DNA from: Candidatus Moraniibacteriota bacterium
GTDB lineage: Bacteria > Patescibacteriota > Minisyncoccia > Moranbacterales > UBA11712
Assembly: GCA_028716005.1 (NCBI GenBank)
Contig: JAQUQQ010000001.1
Coordinates: forward strand, 1 to 61,799
Direction: 5' to 3'
Length of the DNA stretch: 61,799 bases
The translations under genes and the position numbers were made by a program. Each line of letters begins with the position of its first letter. Position 1 is the stretch's first letter. Of this stretch, positions 42,825 to 52,743 are shown piece after piece. The notes under the pieces are model-generated. The model was not told the DNA's origin and searched no databases. It was given only the letters and a program-made list of their open reading frames with translations.

Positions 42825-44336
42825 ATGGCCAAATGGGAAAAAATCGCCAGTGACTATCACTGCAATTTCTGGAAAAACTATTGTTTTGTGAAAGGAGCGG
42901 CTCTTCAGCCGGAATTGATTGATATTCAGCAGGTGCATCTGGGCATTCGGGCTTGGCCCAAAACAATTGATTATTTGTATCTTCCGGAAACGTGGAAAAG
43001 GGGCCACAGAAAACTTGCCCAATTGGCTAGCCGGGATGTTTCGCTGGTTGAAAAAATCCTGAAGAAAACAAAATTAAACGGAGAGAGAATGAACGCTTTC
43101 ACGGAAAGTTTTGTTCGCGAAAATCTCACAAAATATTCCAACAAAAAAATCGTCGAGTCTCTCAAAAAACATGCCAATTTCAATTCGTTGGAATACGCCT
43201 GGGGAATTTTGATTCCCATTCTGGATTTTCAGGACGTTCACTATATTGAAGACAATCTCAAAGCGATTCTTGGGAGAAAATTGAGCAAGGCCCAGGCCGA
43301 GCGCGCGTTTTTCATCTTTACTCAGCCGCTTCATGACTCATTTGCTCTTGAGCAGGAAAAGTCAATTTTGAAAATATTTCAAAAAATACCGAAAAAACTT
43401 TTGGAAAAAGACGCAAAAGATATCTTGGAGAAACTCGAGGCAAGATACCCGGCCATATCGCGAGAATTAAGGAATCATGTGAAAAAGTATGCCTGGGTTT
43501 TTTATGTTTACTCCGGACCGGCGGCGACGGAAAAAGATTTTGTCGAAACGCTGAAATTTTACGCCAAAAAGAAAACCAATGCCGTAAAAAAATTGAGAAA
43601 AATGGAAAATGGCAGGAACAAACTGCTGGAGGAGCGCGAATATTTTTTTCAGAAAATGAAATTGGGAAAAAAAGAAAGAAAAACCGTGGAGCTTGCTGCC
43701 GAAGTTGTATATCTCAAGCCGCGTCGGAAAGACTATCAGACAAAATCATATTATCATCTCGAATTTTTGCAGCGGGAAATTGGAAGGAGGCTTCATTTGT
43801 CGCTCAGCCAAGTGAGAAGCTGCGCCTTCCAAGAGATAAAGTCTTCTCTTCGTGGGAGAAAAATTGACGTTCATGAGATAAACAAGAGGACGGAATATCA
43901 CATTGTTGTTCCTTCTGGGAAAGAAATCAAAATATATTCAGGGAAAAAGGCAAAAGAATTTGAGAAAAATATCAGAGAAGAGAGGGTGGAGATAGGTATA
44001 AAGAAAGAAATAGAGGGTCAGTCAGCTTTCCCCGGAACGGCGAGAGGATTGGTGAAAAGAGTGGATATACCTGGAGATATGAAAAAAATGAAAGAAGGCG
44101 ATATTCTGGTTTCCACCGCCACAACCCCGAGCATTATTCCGGCGATTAGGAAAGCAGCGGCCATTGTGACGGACGAAGGCGGGCTCACCTGCCATGCGGC
44201 GATTGTGAGCCGGGAATTTGAGATTCCGTGTGTAATCGGGACGAAATTCGCTACCAAAATCTTGAAAGACGGGGATTTAGCGGCAGTGGATGCTACCACT
44301 GGAAAAGTCAAAATTATAAAAAAAGCTAAAAAATAA
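42825..44336 (+). CDS. PEP-utilizer swivel (phosphohistidine) domain protein, paralog P1, long N-terminal domain
   Basis: 503 aa. C-terminus ..GDILVSTATTPSIIPAIRKAAAIVTDEGGLTCHAAIVSREFEIPCVIGTK... The N-terminal ~390 aa are helical and Lys-rich with KYAWVFYVYSGPA. No ATP-grasp motifs seen. Confidence 0.8.
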   Translation: MAKWEKIASDYHCNFWKNYCFVKGAALQPELIDIQQVHLGIRAWPKTIDYLYLPETWKRGHRKLAQLASRDVSLVEKILKKTKLNGERMNAFTESFVRENLTKYSNKKIVESLKKHANFNSLEYAWGILIPILDFQDVHYIEDNLKAILGRKLSKAQAERAFFIFTQPLHDSFALEQEKSILKIFQKIPKKLLEKDAKDILEKLEARYPAISRELRNHVKKYAWVFYVYSGPAATEKDFVETLKFYAKKKTNAVKKLRKMENGRNKLLEEREYFFQKMKLGKKERKTVELAAEVVYLKPRRKDYQTKSYYHLEFLQREIGRRLHLSLSQVRSCAFQEIKSSLRGRKIDVHEINKRTEYHIVVPSGKEIKIYSGKKAKEFEKNIREERVEIGIKKEIEGQSAFPGTARGLVKRVDIPGDMKKMKEGDILVSTATTPSIIPAIRKAAAIVTDEGGLTCHAAIVSREFEIPCVIGTKFATKILKDGDLAAVDATTGKVKIIKKAKK

Positions 44337-44345
44337 TTTTTCTAT

Positions 44346-45905
44346 ATGAAAACAGATTTGTGGGTCAACAATTTTTCGGTCCATCGCTCCGGTTATCACC
44401 TCGCCGCGCCGGTTCTCTATGGCATAATCAATTCCCAGAAAATATTGTTTGGGAAAAAGAAACCGCCGGTTCTTAGAAATTACTTCATGATTTTCGAGGG
44501 CCCGAATATGATTCAAGCGATTCACAAGAAAGAAGAATTACGGGAACTGATAGAAAATACAATAAAAGAAATATTCAAAAATCCAAAAAAACTCAACAAA
44601 ATTCACAAAGAAACCTACAAACTCAATGACCAATATCTTTCTTTTGCCAGGTACTGTGCCAAAATAAATTTGCGGGAATTGTCCGATGCGGAACTCGGTA
44701 AAATATATTTGAAACTGATTGATTGGCAAGAAAGAGCGCACCAGCATGCCATGGCGACGACCTGGTATCTCGATAGCGATGGCGAAGATTTTTCCAAGTT
44801 GCTTATCGAAAAAACGAAAGAGTTCTGCCACTCTTCCGGGGCGAAAATAAATTTTGCCGATGCTTTCAGTGTTTTGACGACTTCAACAAGAGATACTTTA
44901 GGGGCGAAAGAAGAGATGGAATCTCTGGAGGTGATGCGCTTAATTTTGAAAGACAAGCAAGCCAAAAAAATCTTCCAAAATTTGAGAAACTTTCAAATTG
45001 TTCCCGTCGGTCTTTCGGAAAATCTTGCCAGAGCCATTCAAAAACATTTTGAAAAATGGCGTTGGCTGGCTTTCAATTATATGGGACCGGCTTACGAGAT
45101 AGATTTCTTTCTCAAGATGTGGTCAGATTTGGTAAAACAAAAATTTGATGTCAAAAAAGAGATCCAAAAGAAAAAAAATTGGGCGGGGAAAATAATGGAT
45201 CAGAAGAAAACAATTATCCGAGAGCTGAAAATAGACAAAAAATGGCGAACCATATACAACATCGCGGCTGACGTCGTGAATCTCAAGGGATACCGCAAAG
45301 AGTGCTGCTTTCACGGATTTTTTGTCATGGATGCGATGCTACGGGAAATGGCCAAGCGGCTCAATCTGGCCCGCAGTCAAATGTATCTGCTCACTTTTCA
45401 AGAAATTGGCGACATCTTTTTGAAAGAAAAAAAAGTTGATGCCAATCAGATCAACAAAAGAAACGGTTTCACTATTCTGGATTTCAAAAAAGGAAAAATC
45501 CGCGTGTTTACGGGAAACCAAGCCAAAAAATATTTTTCGAAAATCAATCTTGAAAAAGAAATAATCGACAAGAACGTCAGTGAGCTTCAGGGAACGTGCG
45601 CCTGCAGCGGCCAAGCCAAAGGGATTGTTAAAATGATAAACTTTGTCGAAGATATGCCCAAGATGAAAAAGGGGGACGTCATGGTCGCCCACACCACGTT
45701 TCCCAATCTTGTTCCGGCCATGAAATTGGCCTCGGCCATCATCACGGAAGACGGCGGAATGACGTGCCACGCGGCGATTGTGGCGCGGGAGCTTGAAACG
45801 CCGTGCATCACCGGAATTAAAACCGCGACCAAGGTTCTGAAAGACGGTGATTTGGTCGAAATCAATGCGGATGAGGGATTGGTGAAAATAGTCAAGAGAA
45901 AATAG
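44346..45905 (+). CDS. PEP-utilizer swivel domain protein, paralog P2
   Basis: 519 aa. ..GGMTCHAAIVARELETPCITGIK... The N-terminal domain is homologous to P1 (KWRWLAFNYMGPA, ..LREMAKRLNL..). Confidence 0.8.
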   Translation: MKTDLWVNNFSVHRSGYHLAAPVLYGIINSQKILFGKKKPPVLRNYFMIFEGPNMIQAIHKKEELRELIENTIKEIFKNPKKLNKIHKETYKLNDQYLSFARYCAKINLRELSDAELGKIYLKLIDWQERAHQHAMATTWYLDSDGEDFSKLLIEKTKEFCHSSGAKINFADAFSVLTTSTRDTLGAKEEMESLEVMRLILKDKQAKKIFQNLRNFQIVPVGLSENLARAIQKHFEKWRWLAFNYMGPAYEIDFFLKMWSDLVKQKFDVKKEIQKKKNWAGKIMDQKKTIIRELKIDKKWRTIYNIAADVVNLKGYRKECCFHGFFVMDAMLREMAKRLNLARSQMYLLTFQEIGDIFLKEKKVDANQINKRNGFTILDFKKGKIRVFTGNQAKKYFSKINLEKEIIDKNVSELQGTCACSGQAKGIVKMINFVEDMPKMKKGDVMVAHTTFPNLVPAMKLASAIITEDGGMTCHAAIVARELETPCITGIKTATKVLKDGDLVEINADEGLVKIVKRK

Positions 45906-45906
45906 A

Positions 45907-47400
45907 ATGAAGAAGAAAACCTGGACAAAAATGTGGTCGGACCGGCCGTATTCCTTGCATCTCATGAGCATGGTGAACGAAGCCACGATTTTTGGTTTCA
46001 AAAAAATTTTCTGGCAGAGCAAAATCACCGGGGGCTTTAACTATTGGGAGGATGGCGCAAGCAGCTATTTTTATGAAACCCACGAACTACGGGAAACAGC
46101 CCGGCTGCTCGCGGAAAAATCTTTGAAGTTTCCCAATTTCCTGCTGGATTTTTTGGAAGATGTTTATCAGAGAGCTAGGCGTCTTCGGAGGACGACGGAA
46201 AAATACAAAAAAATAAATCTGGCAACCTGCCCATCCGAAAAGCTCGTGAAGTTTATTGAGAAATATTCCCGAGAGTTTCTTGATTTTTATGCTCGCGCTA
46301 CAGTCGCCCCGATTCTTGGATATCAGGATGAAAATCCAATCTACAAAAAAATGGATGAATTGATCCGATCAAAAACAAAAGATCATCCCGAAAAATATTC
46401 AGGCTATTACACATGCCTTACAAATCCGCCGAAGAAGCTCAAAAACAATTTTATGGAAATTGAGACTTTGAAATTGGCTAAAAAGGCAAAAAAAGCGGGC
46501 GTGAGGTCGAGAAGCCAGTTGATTAAAAATTTCAAAGACGAGCTTCAAGCCATTGCGGATAAATATAAATTTATGTCTTTTGATTTTTGCGATTCGGCGT
46601 CCTGGAATCTCGAGTATTTCGCGAATTTAGCGCTGGAAAAAATGAAAGCGAATATCAATTCCGAATTGAAAAAACTGCTGAATCTTGAAAAAATATCCGC
46701 CAAAAATTTCAAAAAAGCGGCAGGGGAGCTGAAACTTTCAAAAAAAGAAAAAGACATTTGTAACCTCGTGAAATATTTGGGCTATCAAAAATGGGCGCGG
46801 GAACATGAATTTCAAGAAGCGCAATATAACCTGAAGCCCGTTCAGGACGAACTGGGGAAAAGAGCGGGACTTTCAACGCTTGAAGCAAAATATTGTTTGG
46901 CGGATGAATATGGGAAATTGCTCAAGAGTTCGGAAGGATATAAGAAATTGACTCAGGCCAGAATAAAAAAATCCCTGTGCCTTGTAAAAATTGGAAAAAA
47001 AACAAAGGTTTTTCTCGGCCAAGACGCGCGAAATATATTTTCGAGGATGAAAAAAGAAGAACCAACGAAAATTGACAAAAAATCAGAATTCAAAGGCATG
47101 CCGGCTTTTCCCGGAAAAGTTTTGGGAAAAGTGAAAATAATTATCACCGTGAAAGACGCGGGGAAAATGAAAAAAGGAAACATTCTGGTTTCTCAAGCGA
47201 CCGGTCCGGATCTTCTCCCGGCCATGAAAAAGGCCGCGGCGATTGTGACGAATGAAGGCGGCATCACGGCTCACGCCGCGATAGTCTCTCGCGAGCTCAA
47301 AATTCCTTGTGTAGTCGGCACCAAAATCGCAACGAAAGTTTTGCAGGATGGAGATCTCGTCGAAGTGGATGCGAATAAGGGAATTGTTAGAAAAATATGA
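45907..47400 (+). CDS. PEP-utilizer swivel domain protein, paralog P3
   Basis: 497 aa. ..GGITAHAAIVSRELKIPCVVGTK... The ATG is 1 nt after the P2 stop. Confidence 0.8.
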   Translation: MKKKTWTKMWSDRPYSLHLMSMVNEATIFGFKKIFWQSKITGGFNYWEDGASSYFYETHELRETARLLAEKSLKFPNFLLDFLEDVYQRARRLRRTTEKYKKINLATCPSEKLVKFIEKYSREFLDFYARATVAPILGYQDENPIYKKMDELIRSKTKDHPEKYSGYYTCLTNPPKKLKNNFMEIETLKLAKKAKKAGVRSRSQLIKNFKDELQAIADKYKFMSFDFCDSASWNLEYFANLALEKMKANINSELKKLLNLEKISAKNFKKAAGELKLSKKEKDICNLVKYLGYQKWAREHEFQEAQYNLKPVQDELGKRAGLSTLEAKYCLADEYGKLLKSSEGYKKLTQARIKKSLCLVKIGKKTKVFLGQDARNIFSRMKKEEPTKIDKKSEFKGMPAFPGKVLGKVKIIITVKDAGKMKKGNILVSQATGPDLLPAMKKAAAIVTNEGGITAHAAIVSRELKIPCVVGTKIATKVLQDGDLVEVDANKGIVRKI

Positions 47401-48869
47401 AGAAAAAATTGTATAAAATCCTGGTCAAAGAATCAAATATCAATTTTCACAATTGGTATTCAACAGCCGAAGGATTTCATCATCCCGTATTCAAAAAATT
47501 TGTCGGTGCAGTCATTTCAAATTGGCTCATCAAAATAGAAAAAGATCGAGGAGAATGGGGCATAGTAGAAAAGGAGTGGGAGAATGTCGGCGCAATTTTC
47601 GCAAAAAGATTGGCAGCGGGGAAAATTGATATTTTTGACATCGAACAAAAACACTATCAAATAGGGGAGAAAATCTGGAGGCTAACTGATTTTGTTTATC
47701 AAAACAAGCTTGAGAGCGTACCCCTATCTCGTTTGCTGACGACTCTCAGACAAATGTGGAAATATTATTGGTATTTAAATGGTATTGGTTATATTGCAGT
47801 AATCAGCGATTTGGGCCACGGCTATCTGATGGGCCAACTGTCCAAAATTCTTTTGCAAAAAAAAGTTTCTTCTAATAAAATCCAAGCTTATCAAAGCCTG
47901 TTGTCCAGCCCCAATAAAAGAACTTTGTTTTGGCAAGAAAACCTGGAACTTCTGCAATTGTGCGATAAACACAAATTAGCGACAAAACTATCAGGCAGCC
48001 AAGATTTTGATAAGCATGTAGAGAAATGGTTTTGGCTCAATTATGGCTATCAGGGACCGGCTTGGAACGGGGATGATTTTTTGATGAGAGTAAAGGAGAT
48101 TTTCAGAAACAAAAACATTAAAAAGGCATTGGCCGAACATCAAAAAAATTTCCAAACACTAGTTTTGAAACAAAGGGCGCTAAGCAAAAAGCTCAAGATC
48201 ACACGAAAGGAGAATTACTATTTTGAAACAGCCAGGCTATTCACACATTTGAAAGGATACCGGATAGAAGTCAGGCACCGCTACAGCTGGGCTTTGGATC
48301 AAATATTTTCAGAACTTGGCAGACGTCTCAATTTGCCGCTAACCTTTTTCAGATATGCCACGAGGGAAGAGATTATCAGTGCTGCAACAAAAAAAAGTTT
48401 TCCAAGCGAGACGGTTTCAAAACGCAAACAAAAAATGCTTTATGTTTTTAAAAACTTAAAAGGCTCATTTATAAAAATCGACTCGGTGGATAAAAATTTT
48501 CAATCTTTACTGGAAGATGAAAAAATTGAAGCTTCCGAAGCTATTTCGGGGCAAACAGCGTATTCTGGCAGAGCGATAGGCAAGGTTAAAATTTTAGAAC
48601 ACGAAAAAGATGTGGCCAAGATTCGAAAGGGCGACATTTTGGTTACTTTTGCAACTACTCCGGATTTTTTGCCAGCAATGATAAAAGCATCCGGCTTCGT
48701 CACCGATCAGGGTGGAATAACATCGCATGCAGCAATCACTGCCCGTGAGCTCAAAAAACCCTGCATCATCGGCACCAAAATCGCAACGAAGGTTTTGAAA
48801 GACGGAGATCTCGTGGAAGTGGACGCGGACAAGGGGGTTGTGAAAATAATCAAGAAAAGAAGAAAATGA
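47397..48869 (+). CDS. PEP-utilizer swivel domain protein, paralog P4
   Basis: 490 aa. ..GGITSHAAITARELKKPCIIGTK... ATGA overlap with P3. Confidence 0.8.
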   Translation: MKKKLYKILVKESNINFHNWYSTAEGFHHPVFKKFVGAVISNWLIKIEKDRGEWGIVEKEWENVGAIFAKRLAAGKIDIFDIEQKHYQIGEKIWRLTDFVYQNKLESVPLSRLLTTLRQMWKYYWYLNGIGYIAVISDLGHGYLMGQLSKILLQKKVSSNKIQAYQSLLSSPNKRTLFWQENLELLQLCDKHKLATKLSGSQDFDKHVEKWFWLNYGYQGPAWNGDDFLMRVKEIFRNKNIKKALAEHQKNFQTLVLKQRALSKKLKITRKENYYFETARLFTHLKGYRIEVRHRYSWALDQIFSELGRRLNLPLTFFRYATREEIISAATKKSFPSETVSKRKQKMLYVFKNLKGSFIKIDSVDKNFQSLLEDEKIEASEAISGQTAYSGRAIGKVKILEHEKDVAKIRKGDILVTFATTPDFLPAMIKASGFVTDQGGITSHAAITARELKKPCIIGTKIATKVLKDGDLVEVDADKGVVKIIKKRRK

Positions 48870-49912
48870 ATAAATGGATAAAAACTTGGGATGGAAAATG
48901 GGGGGTGCTATCATCCTCATACCCTGGATATCTTTATACAAAAGGGATAAGAAAATACCTGGGCGCCTCTTTTGACAATTATCTTGTGATAGGCGCTAAA
49001 GGCTTAGGCGCCGGCTTCGTGCCACAAAAGGAAATAATCAGTTTTGGAAATAAGCTAGCGGGTAAAATAAAAACAAAAAGAAAAATAGCTTTGCTTTGGA
49101 TAAAAAATCTCAGAAAACAAACCGATTATATAAATAAACTTCTAAAGAAAATATATAAAGAAGAAAAACTAACAGAGAAGCACTACTATACAGTGCTGGA
49201 AGCAATGAAAAAATATGTTGCTTGGCACGCGGCGATAAAGTTTTCCGGTGATCATTTGTTGGGAGATGAACACAAAAAAATTCTTTCCGAATTTAGCAGA
49301 GCCAGGGTTTATTCAGAAAATATTTATGTTGAAGTCGAGAATTTTTTTCAGAAGCATTTATTTGTGATTTCCCGAAAGATCTCCTGTCCAATTTTTCTAA
49401 TAAACCAATTGACTGAAGTTGAAATAGATCGTTATCACAAGAAAAATATAATTCCCGAGAGAAAAGTACTCAAAGAAAGATTCAGAAAAATAGCAATAAT
49501 ATTTAAACGAGGAAAATATAAGATACTGTCAGGTAGGAAAGCCGGACTTTACGAAAAGAGAATTATCGGAAATAATATTACGAAAATTCTGAAAGGGCAA
49601 CCAGCCTTTCGCGGAACAGTTAGGGGCCGAATTAGAATTGTTTTGGATCCCGCGCTTCAGGCGATCAAAAAAGGTGAAATACTGGTTGCCGGAATGACAA
49701 GGCCGGCCTTCTTGCCTCTCATAAGAAATTCGTCGGCATTTGTCACGGATGCTGGCGGGACGCTCTCTCATGCAGCTATAACAGCAAGAGAATTGAAAAA
49801 GCCTTGCATAGTCGGAACCAAAATCGCGACCAAAGTTTTGAAAGACGGCGATCTCGTGGAAGTGGACGCGGATAAGGGGGTTGTGAGGATAATACAGAAA
49901 ACAATACTATGA
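48866..49912 (+). CDS. PEP-utilizer swivel domain protein, paralog P5, short N-terminal domain
   Basis: 348 aa. ..GGTLSHAAITARELKKPCIVGTK... ATGA overlap with P4. Confidence 0.8.
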   Translation: MNKWIKTWDGKWGVLSSSYPGYLYTKGIRKYLGASFDNYLVIGAKGLGAGFVPQKEIISFGNKLAGKIKTKRKIALLWIKNLRKQTDYINKLLKKIYKEEKLTEKHYYTVLEAMKKYVAWHAAIKFSGDHLLGDEHKKILSEFSRARVYSENIYVEVENFFQKHLFVISRKISCPIFLINQLTEVEIDRYHKKNIIPERKVLKERFRKIAIIFKRGKYKILSGRKAGLYEKRIIGNNITKILKGQPAFRGTVRGRIRIVLDPALQAIKKGEILVAGMTRPAFLPLIRNSSAFVTDAGGTLSHAAITARELKKPCIVGTKIATKVLKDGDLVEVDADKGVVRIIQKTIL

Positions 49913-50925
49913 AAAAGAATTTTTTTGAACTTATATTTACGCGTGATCGTCAGATTATTACGCAGTATGCATGGCAAGACGCGAATCGTGACGGTATGGA
50001 GAAACTTCTAAAAATTAAATTGCCCTCTCGTGTCGGCATGGTCGTTTATGTCAACAATGGTGCGATAGAATGTTGGGATAGCATAGATGGGGTGAAATTT
50101 ACGGAAAGGAAAGTTTTAGAGGCAAATAAAAAAAATCCTGAATATTTATTAAACTTGATTCGAAGATTTGATATAAAAAATGAAAAATATTTTTTGCCGA
50201 CCTGCAGGAAGGAAACTAGCAGTATCATAAAAATAAAAGAGTTTATAAAAAAATTTGATGAATATTCTGCATTGTTTGCGTATATTTGGATTTCGATGCT
50301 TAACCCTAGAACACCTGCCGCACTTTTAAAAAAAATTAATGAATGGAGAGATAAAGATGATTTTTTCGGTTTGGGATCGCAATTTCTAGACAAAAGTCTG
50401 GAAAATATCTACCCGGAATTGAAAGGGCTTACAAGCTACATCATGAAGGAAGAGGTTGAAAATCCCCCCTCAATAGACATCCTTAAAAAGAGGCAAAGAA
50501 ATTTTTTACGAGTTTCTCGAAAGAGTCCGGAAATAATTTCAATGGAAAAGTTTGCGAAAAAGCGTAAGGATATGATTTTCTTGTTTCCTGAGATTGTGGC
50601 TAGGAAGAAAATTTTAGGGCAAACTGGATGCAAGGGGAACATCAGAGGAACAGTAAAGGTGCTGAGGACAAAGGCAGAGATAGGAAAAGTAAATAGGGGT
50701 GATATTATAGTTTCGCCGATGTCCGTCCCGGAATTTATACCTGCGATGAAAAAAGCGGCTGCCATTATTACTGACGAAGGCGGGTTTTTATGCCATGCGG
50801 CAGTTGTTTCCCGAGAATTGAAAAAGCCCTGCGTCATCGGCACGAAGATTGCGACGAAAGTCCTGAAAGACGGGGATCTCGTGGAAGTGGATGCGGATAA
50901 AGGGATTGTGAGGATAATAAAATGA
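49909..50925 (+). CDS. PEP-utilizer swivel domain protein, paralog P6
   Basis: 338 aa. ..GGFLCHAAVVSRELKKPCVIGTK... ATGA overlap with P5. Confidence 0.8.
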   Translation: MKKNFFELIFTRDRQIITQYAWQDANRDGMEKLLKIKLPSRVGMVVYVNNGAIECWDSIDGVKFTERKVLEANKKNPEYLLNLIRRFDIKNEKYFLPTCRKETSSIIKIKEFIKKFDEYSALFAYIWISMLNPRTPAALLKKINEWRDKDDFFGLGSQFLDKSLENIYPELKGLTSYIMKEEVENPPSIDILKKRQRNFLRVSRKSPEIISMEKFAKKRKDMIFLFPEIVARKKILGQTGCKGNIRGTVKVLRTKAEIGKVNRGDIIVSPMSVPEFIPAMKKAAAIITDEGGFLCHAAVVSRELKKPCVIGTKIATKVLKDGDLVEVDADKGIVRIIK

Positions 50926-51980
50926 AGAACAATAAAAAGCGAAAAAAGATAATCTTTGAAAAAAACTATACCCGGGACTGTTCTTTGGTTATCCAAGGTC
51001 TTTGGCTCCAGGTTTCTAAGGATGCAGTAAAGGAAATTCTCGGAGAAAAATTTTCCAGTGAAGTTTACGGTTTCGATTACCTGAATAAGGGAGTCACTGA
51101 AATTTGGGAAAATAAAAAATTGGTGAAAAAAATAAAAGCGGCGTTGGTAAAACAATCTTTTCAACCCGATTCAAAAATATATAAATCTTTGGTTGAAGCT
51201 CAGGACAGGCTTGAGTATTTCAGGAAAGTGTGGCAAAAAAAGTATTTGTCGACTTGGAATGAATTAAACGGTTTCATGGATGAAATTGAAAGAGAAATGA
51301 GAAAGAATTTGCTCTATACGTATTTGGGTGTTCAAGAAACAGCCGAAAAAAGAACATATCAATTGGCGAAAAAAATGCGGTCAGAGGATCATTTTTTCGC
51401 TTATAACGACAGATTGGTTAGGGATACTTTAAATAAACTATATCCCTCTTCGAGAAGTTTCGAAGTTGCATTGACAGTCGACGAAATAAAAAGTGGCAAT
51501 CTTCCGAGGAGAGAAATGTTGAAAAAACGCTTCGATTCTTTTTTTCTGGATTCGGAAAATCATAAGATGTTGTGGAGCTCGAAAACATTCAGGGGAAAAT
51601 ATCCACATTATGTTTTGGCAGGGAAGGACGATATAAATTTCGGTGGAGTTTTGAAGGGAATCGCAGCAAGCAAAGGAAGCGCTATCGGACCCACGAGAAT
51701 TGTAAGGTTAAATCGCGAGGTAAATAAAATAAAAAAAGGGGACATGGTTGTGGCTTCAATGACCACGCCGGTATTAGTGCCGGGTTTAAAAAAGTCAGTG
51801 GGGATAGTCACAGACGAGGGTGGAATTCTGTGCCATGCTGGTGTAATTGCCCGGGAATTGGGCATACCTTGCGTCATCGGCACGAAGATTGCGACGAAAG
51901 TTTTGAAAGACGGGGATCTCGTGGAAGTGGATGCGGATAAGGGATTGATAAATATTTTAAAAAAATATGGGAGAAATTGA
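50922..51980 (+). CDS. PEP-utilizer swivel domain protein, paralog P7
   Basis: 352 aa. ..GGILCHAGVIARELGIPCVIGTK... ATGA overlap with P6. Confidence 0.8.
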   Translation: MKNNKKRKKIIFEKNYTRDCSLVIQGLWLQVSKDAVKEILGEKFSSEVYGFDYLNKGVTEIWENKKLVKKIKAALVKQSFQPDSKIYKSLVEAQDRLEYFRKVWQKKYLSTWNELNGFMDEIEREMRKNLLYTYLGVQETAEKRTYQLAKKMRSEDHFFAYNDRLVRDTLNKLYPSSRSFEVALTVDEIKSGNLPRREMLKKRFDSFFLDSENHKMLWSSKTFRGKYPHYVLAGKDDINFGGVLKGIAASKGSAIGPTRIVRLNREVNKIKKGDMVVASMTTPVLVPGLKKSVGIVTDEGGILCHAGVIARELGIPCVIGTKIATKVLKDGDLVEVDADKGLINILKKYGRN

Positions 51981-52743
51981 ACAATTTGGCATGATTCGGC
52001 ATGGTGCCAAACAAAAAGGAGGGGAAATAAGAAAGCCACTCGAGGAATCAGGGCTATCAAAAGAGCAGCAACGAAAATGGAGCGAAGCGGTTGAGGCTTT
52101 AAAGTTAGTAGACCCGGAGCTTTCCCATGAAACAGTTCCAGGAATTGAGAAATTGGCGCGGCATATATATGACGGGCTTCCAAAACATGCCCTTGTGATT
52201 TTTGTTTCAACAGACACGCCCAGGACGAAACTGACGGCTGACTTGCTTTCAATGGAGATACTAGAAATAGAGAATAGTGGGGGCAATAAAAAAGATGTGG
52301 CAGTAGCCTTTATTTGGGAACCGGAAGAAATAAAAAAGCAGCCGAACAGCCTTTCTAATATTCCGATATGGCCTCCTGAAATTATGAAAACAATGAGAGA
52401 GATAATCATGCAAGACGCAAGGGATGATGAGGTAATGGAAGCATATCTCAAGAGTGACGGAAATTTTGAGATTCCCAATGAAAACGGCATCATGTTCAGG
52501 GCGATAAACAACGATCTTTCCAATGAGGAATCTAGCCTCAAAAGAAGGGCTGAAGAGCTCATGATTCAGTATGAAAAATTGAAGAATACTTTTGTGAACG
52601 AAAAAAGGCCAATATTTTTTTATGGACTTGGGCATCATTCAAGCCTGGTTGCTCTTGATATCGCGTTTAATGGAAGAGAGGAATATATATCAGTGGATGA
52701 AATACCTAATCCCCTGGATCTATGGCACGCAAAAAAACAATAA
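51967..52743 (+). CDS. histidine phosphatase superfamily (PGAM-like) protein
   Basis: 258 aa. N-terminal MIRHGAK (RHG motif), ..STDTPRTKLTADLL.. and C-terminal ..FFYGLGHHSSLVAL... Overlaps P7 by 14 nt and P8 by 22 nt. Confidence 0.55.
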   Translation: MGEIEQFGMIRHGAKQKGGEIRKPLEESGLSKEQQRKWSEAVEALKLVDPELSHETVPGIEKLARHIYDGLPKHALVIFVSTDTPRTKLTADLLSMEILEIENSGGNKKDVAVAFIWEPEEIKKQPNSLSNIPIWPPEIMKTMREIIMQDARDDEVMEAYLKSDGNFEIPNENGIMFRAINNDLSNEESSLKRRAEELMIQYEKLKNTFVNEKRPIFFYGLGHHSSLVALDIAFNGREEYISVDEIPNPLDLWHAKKQ

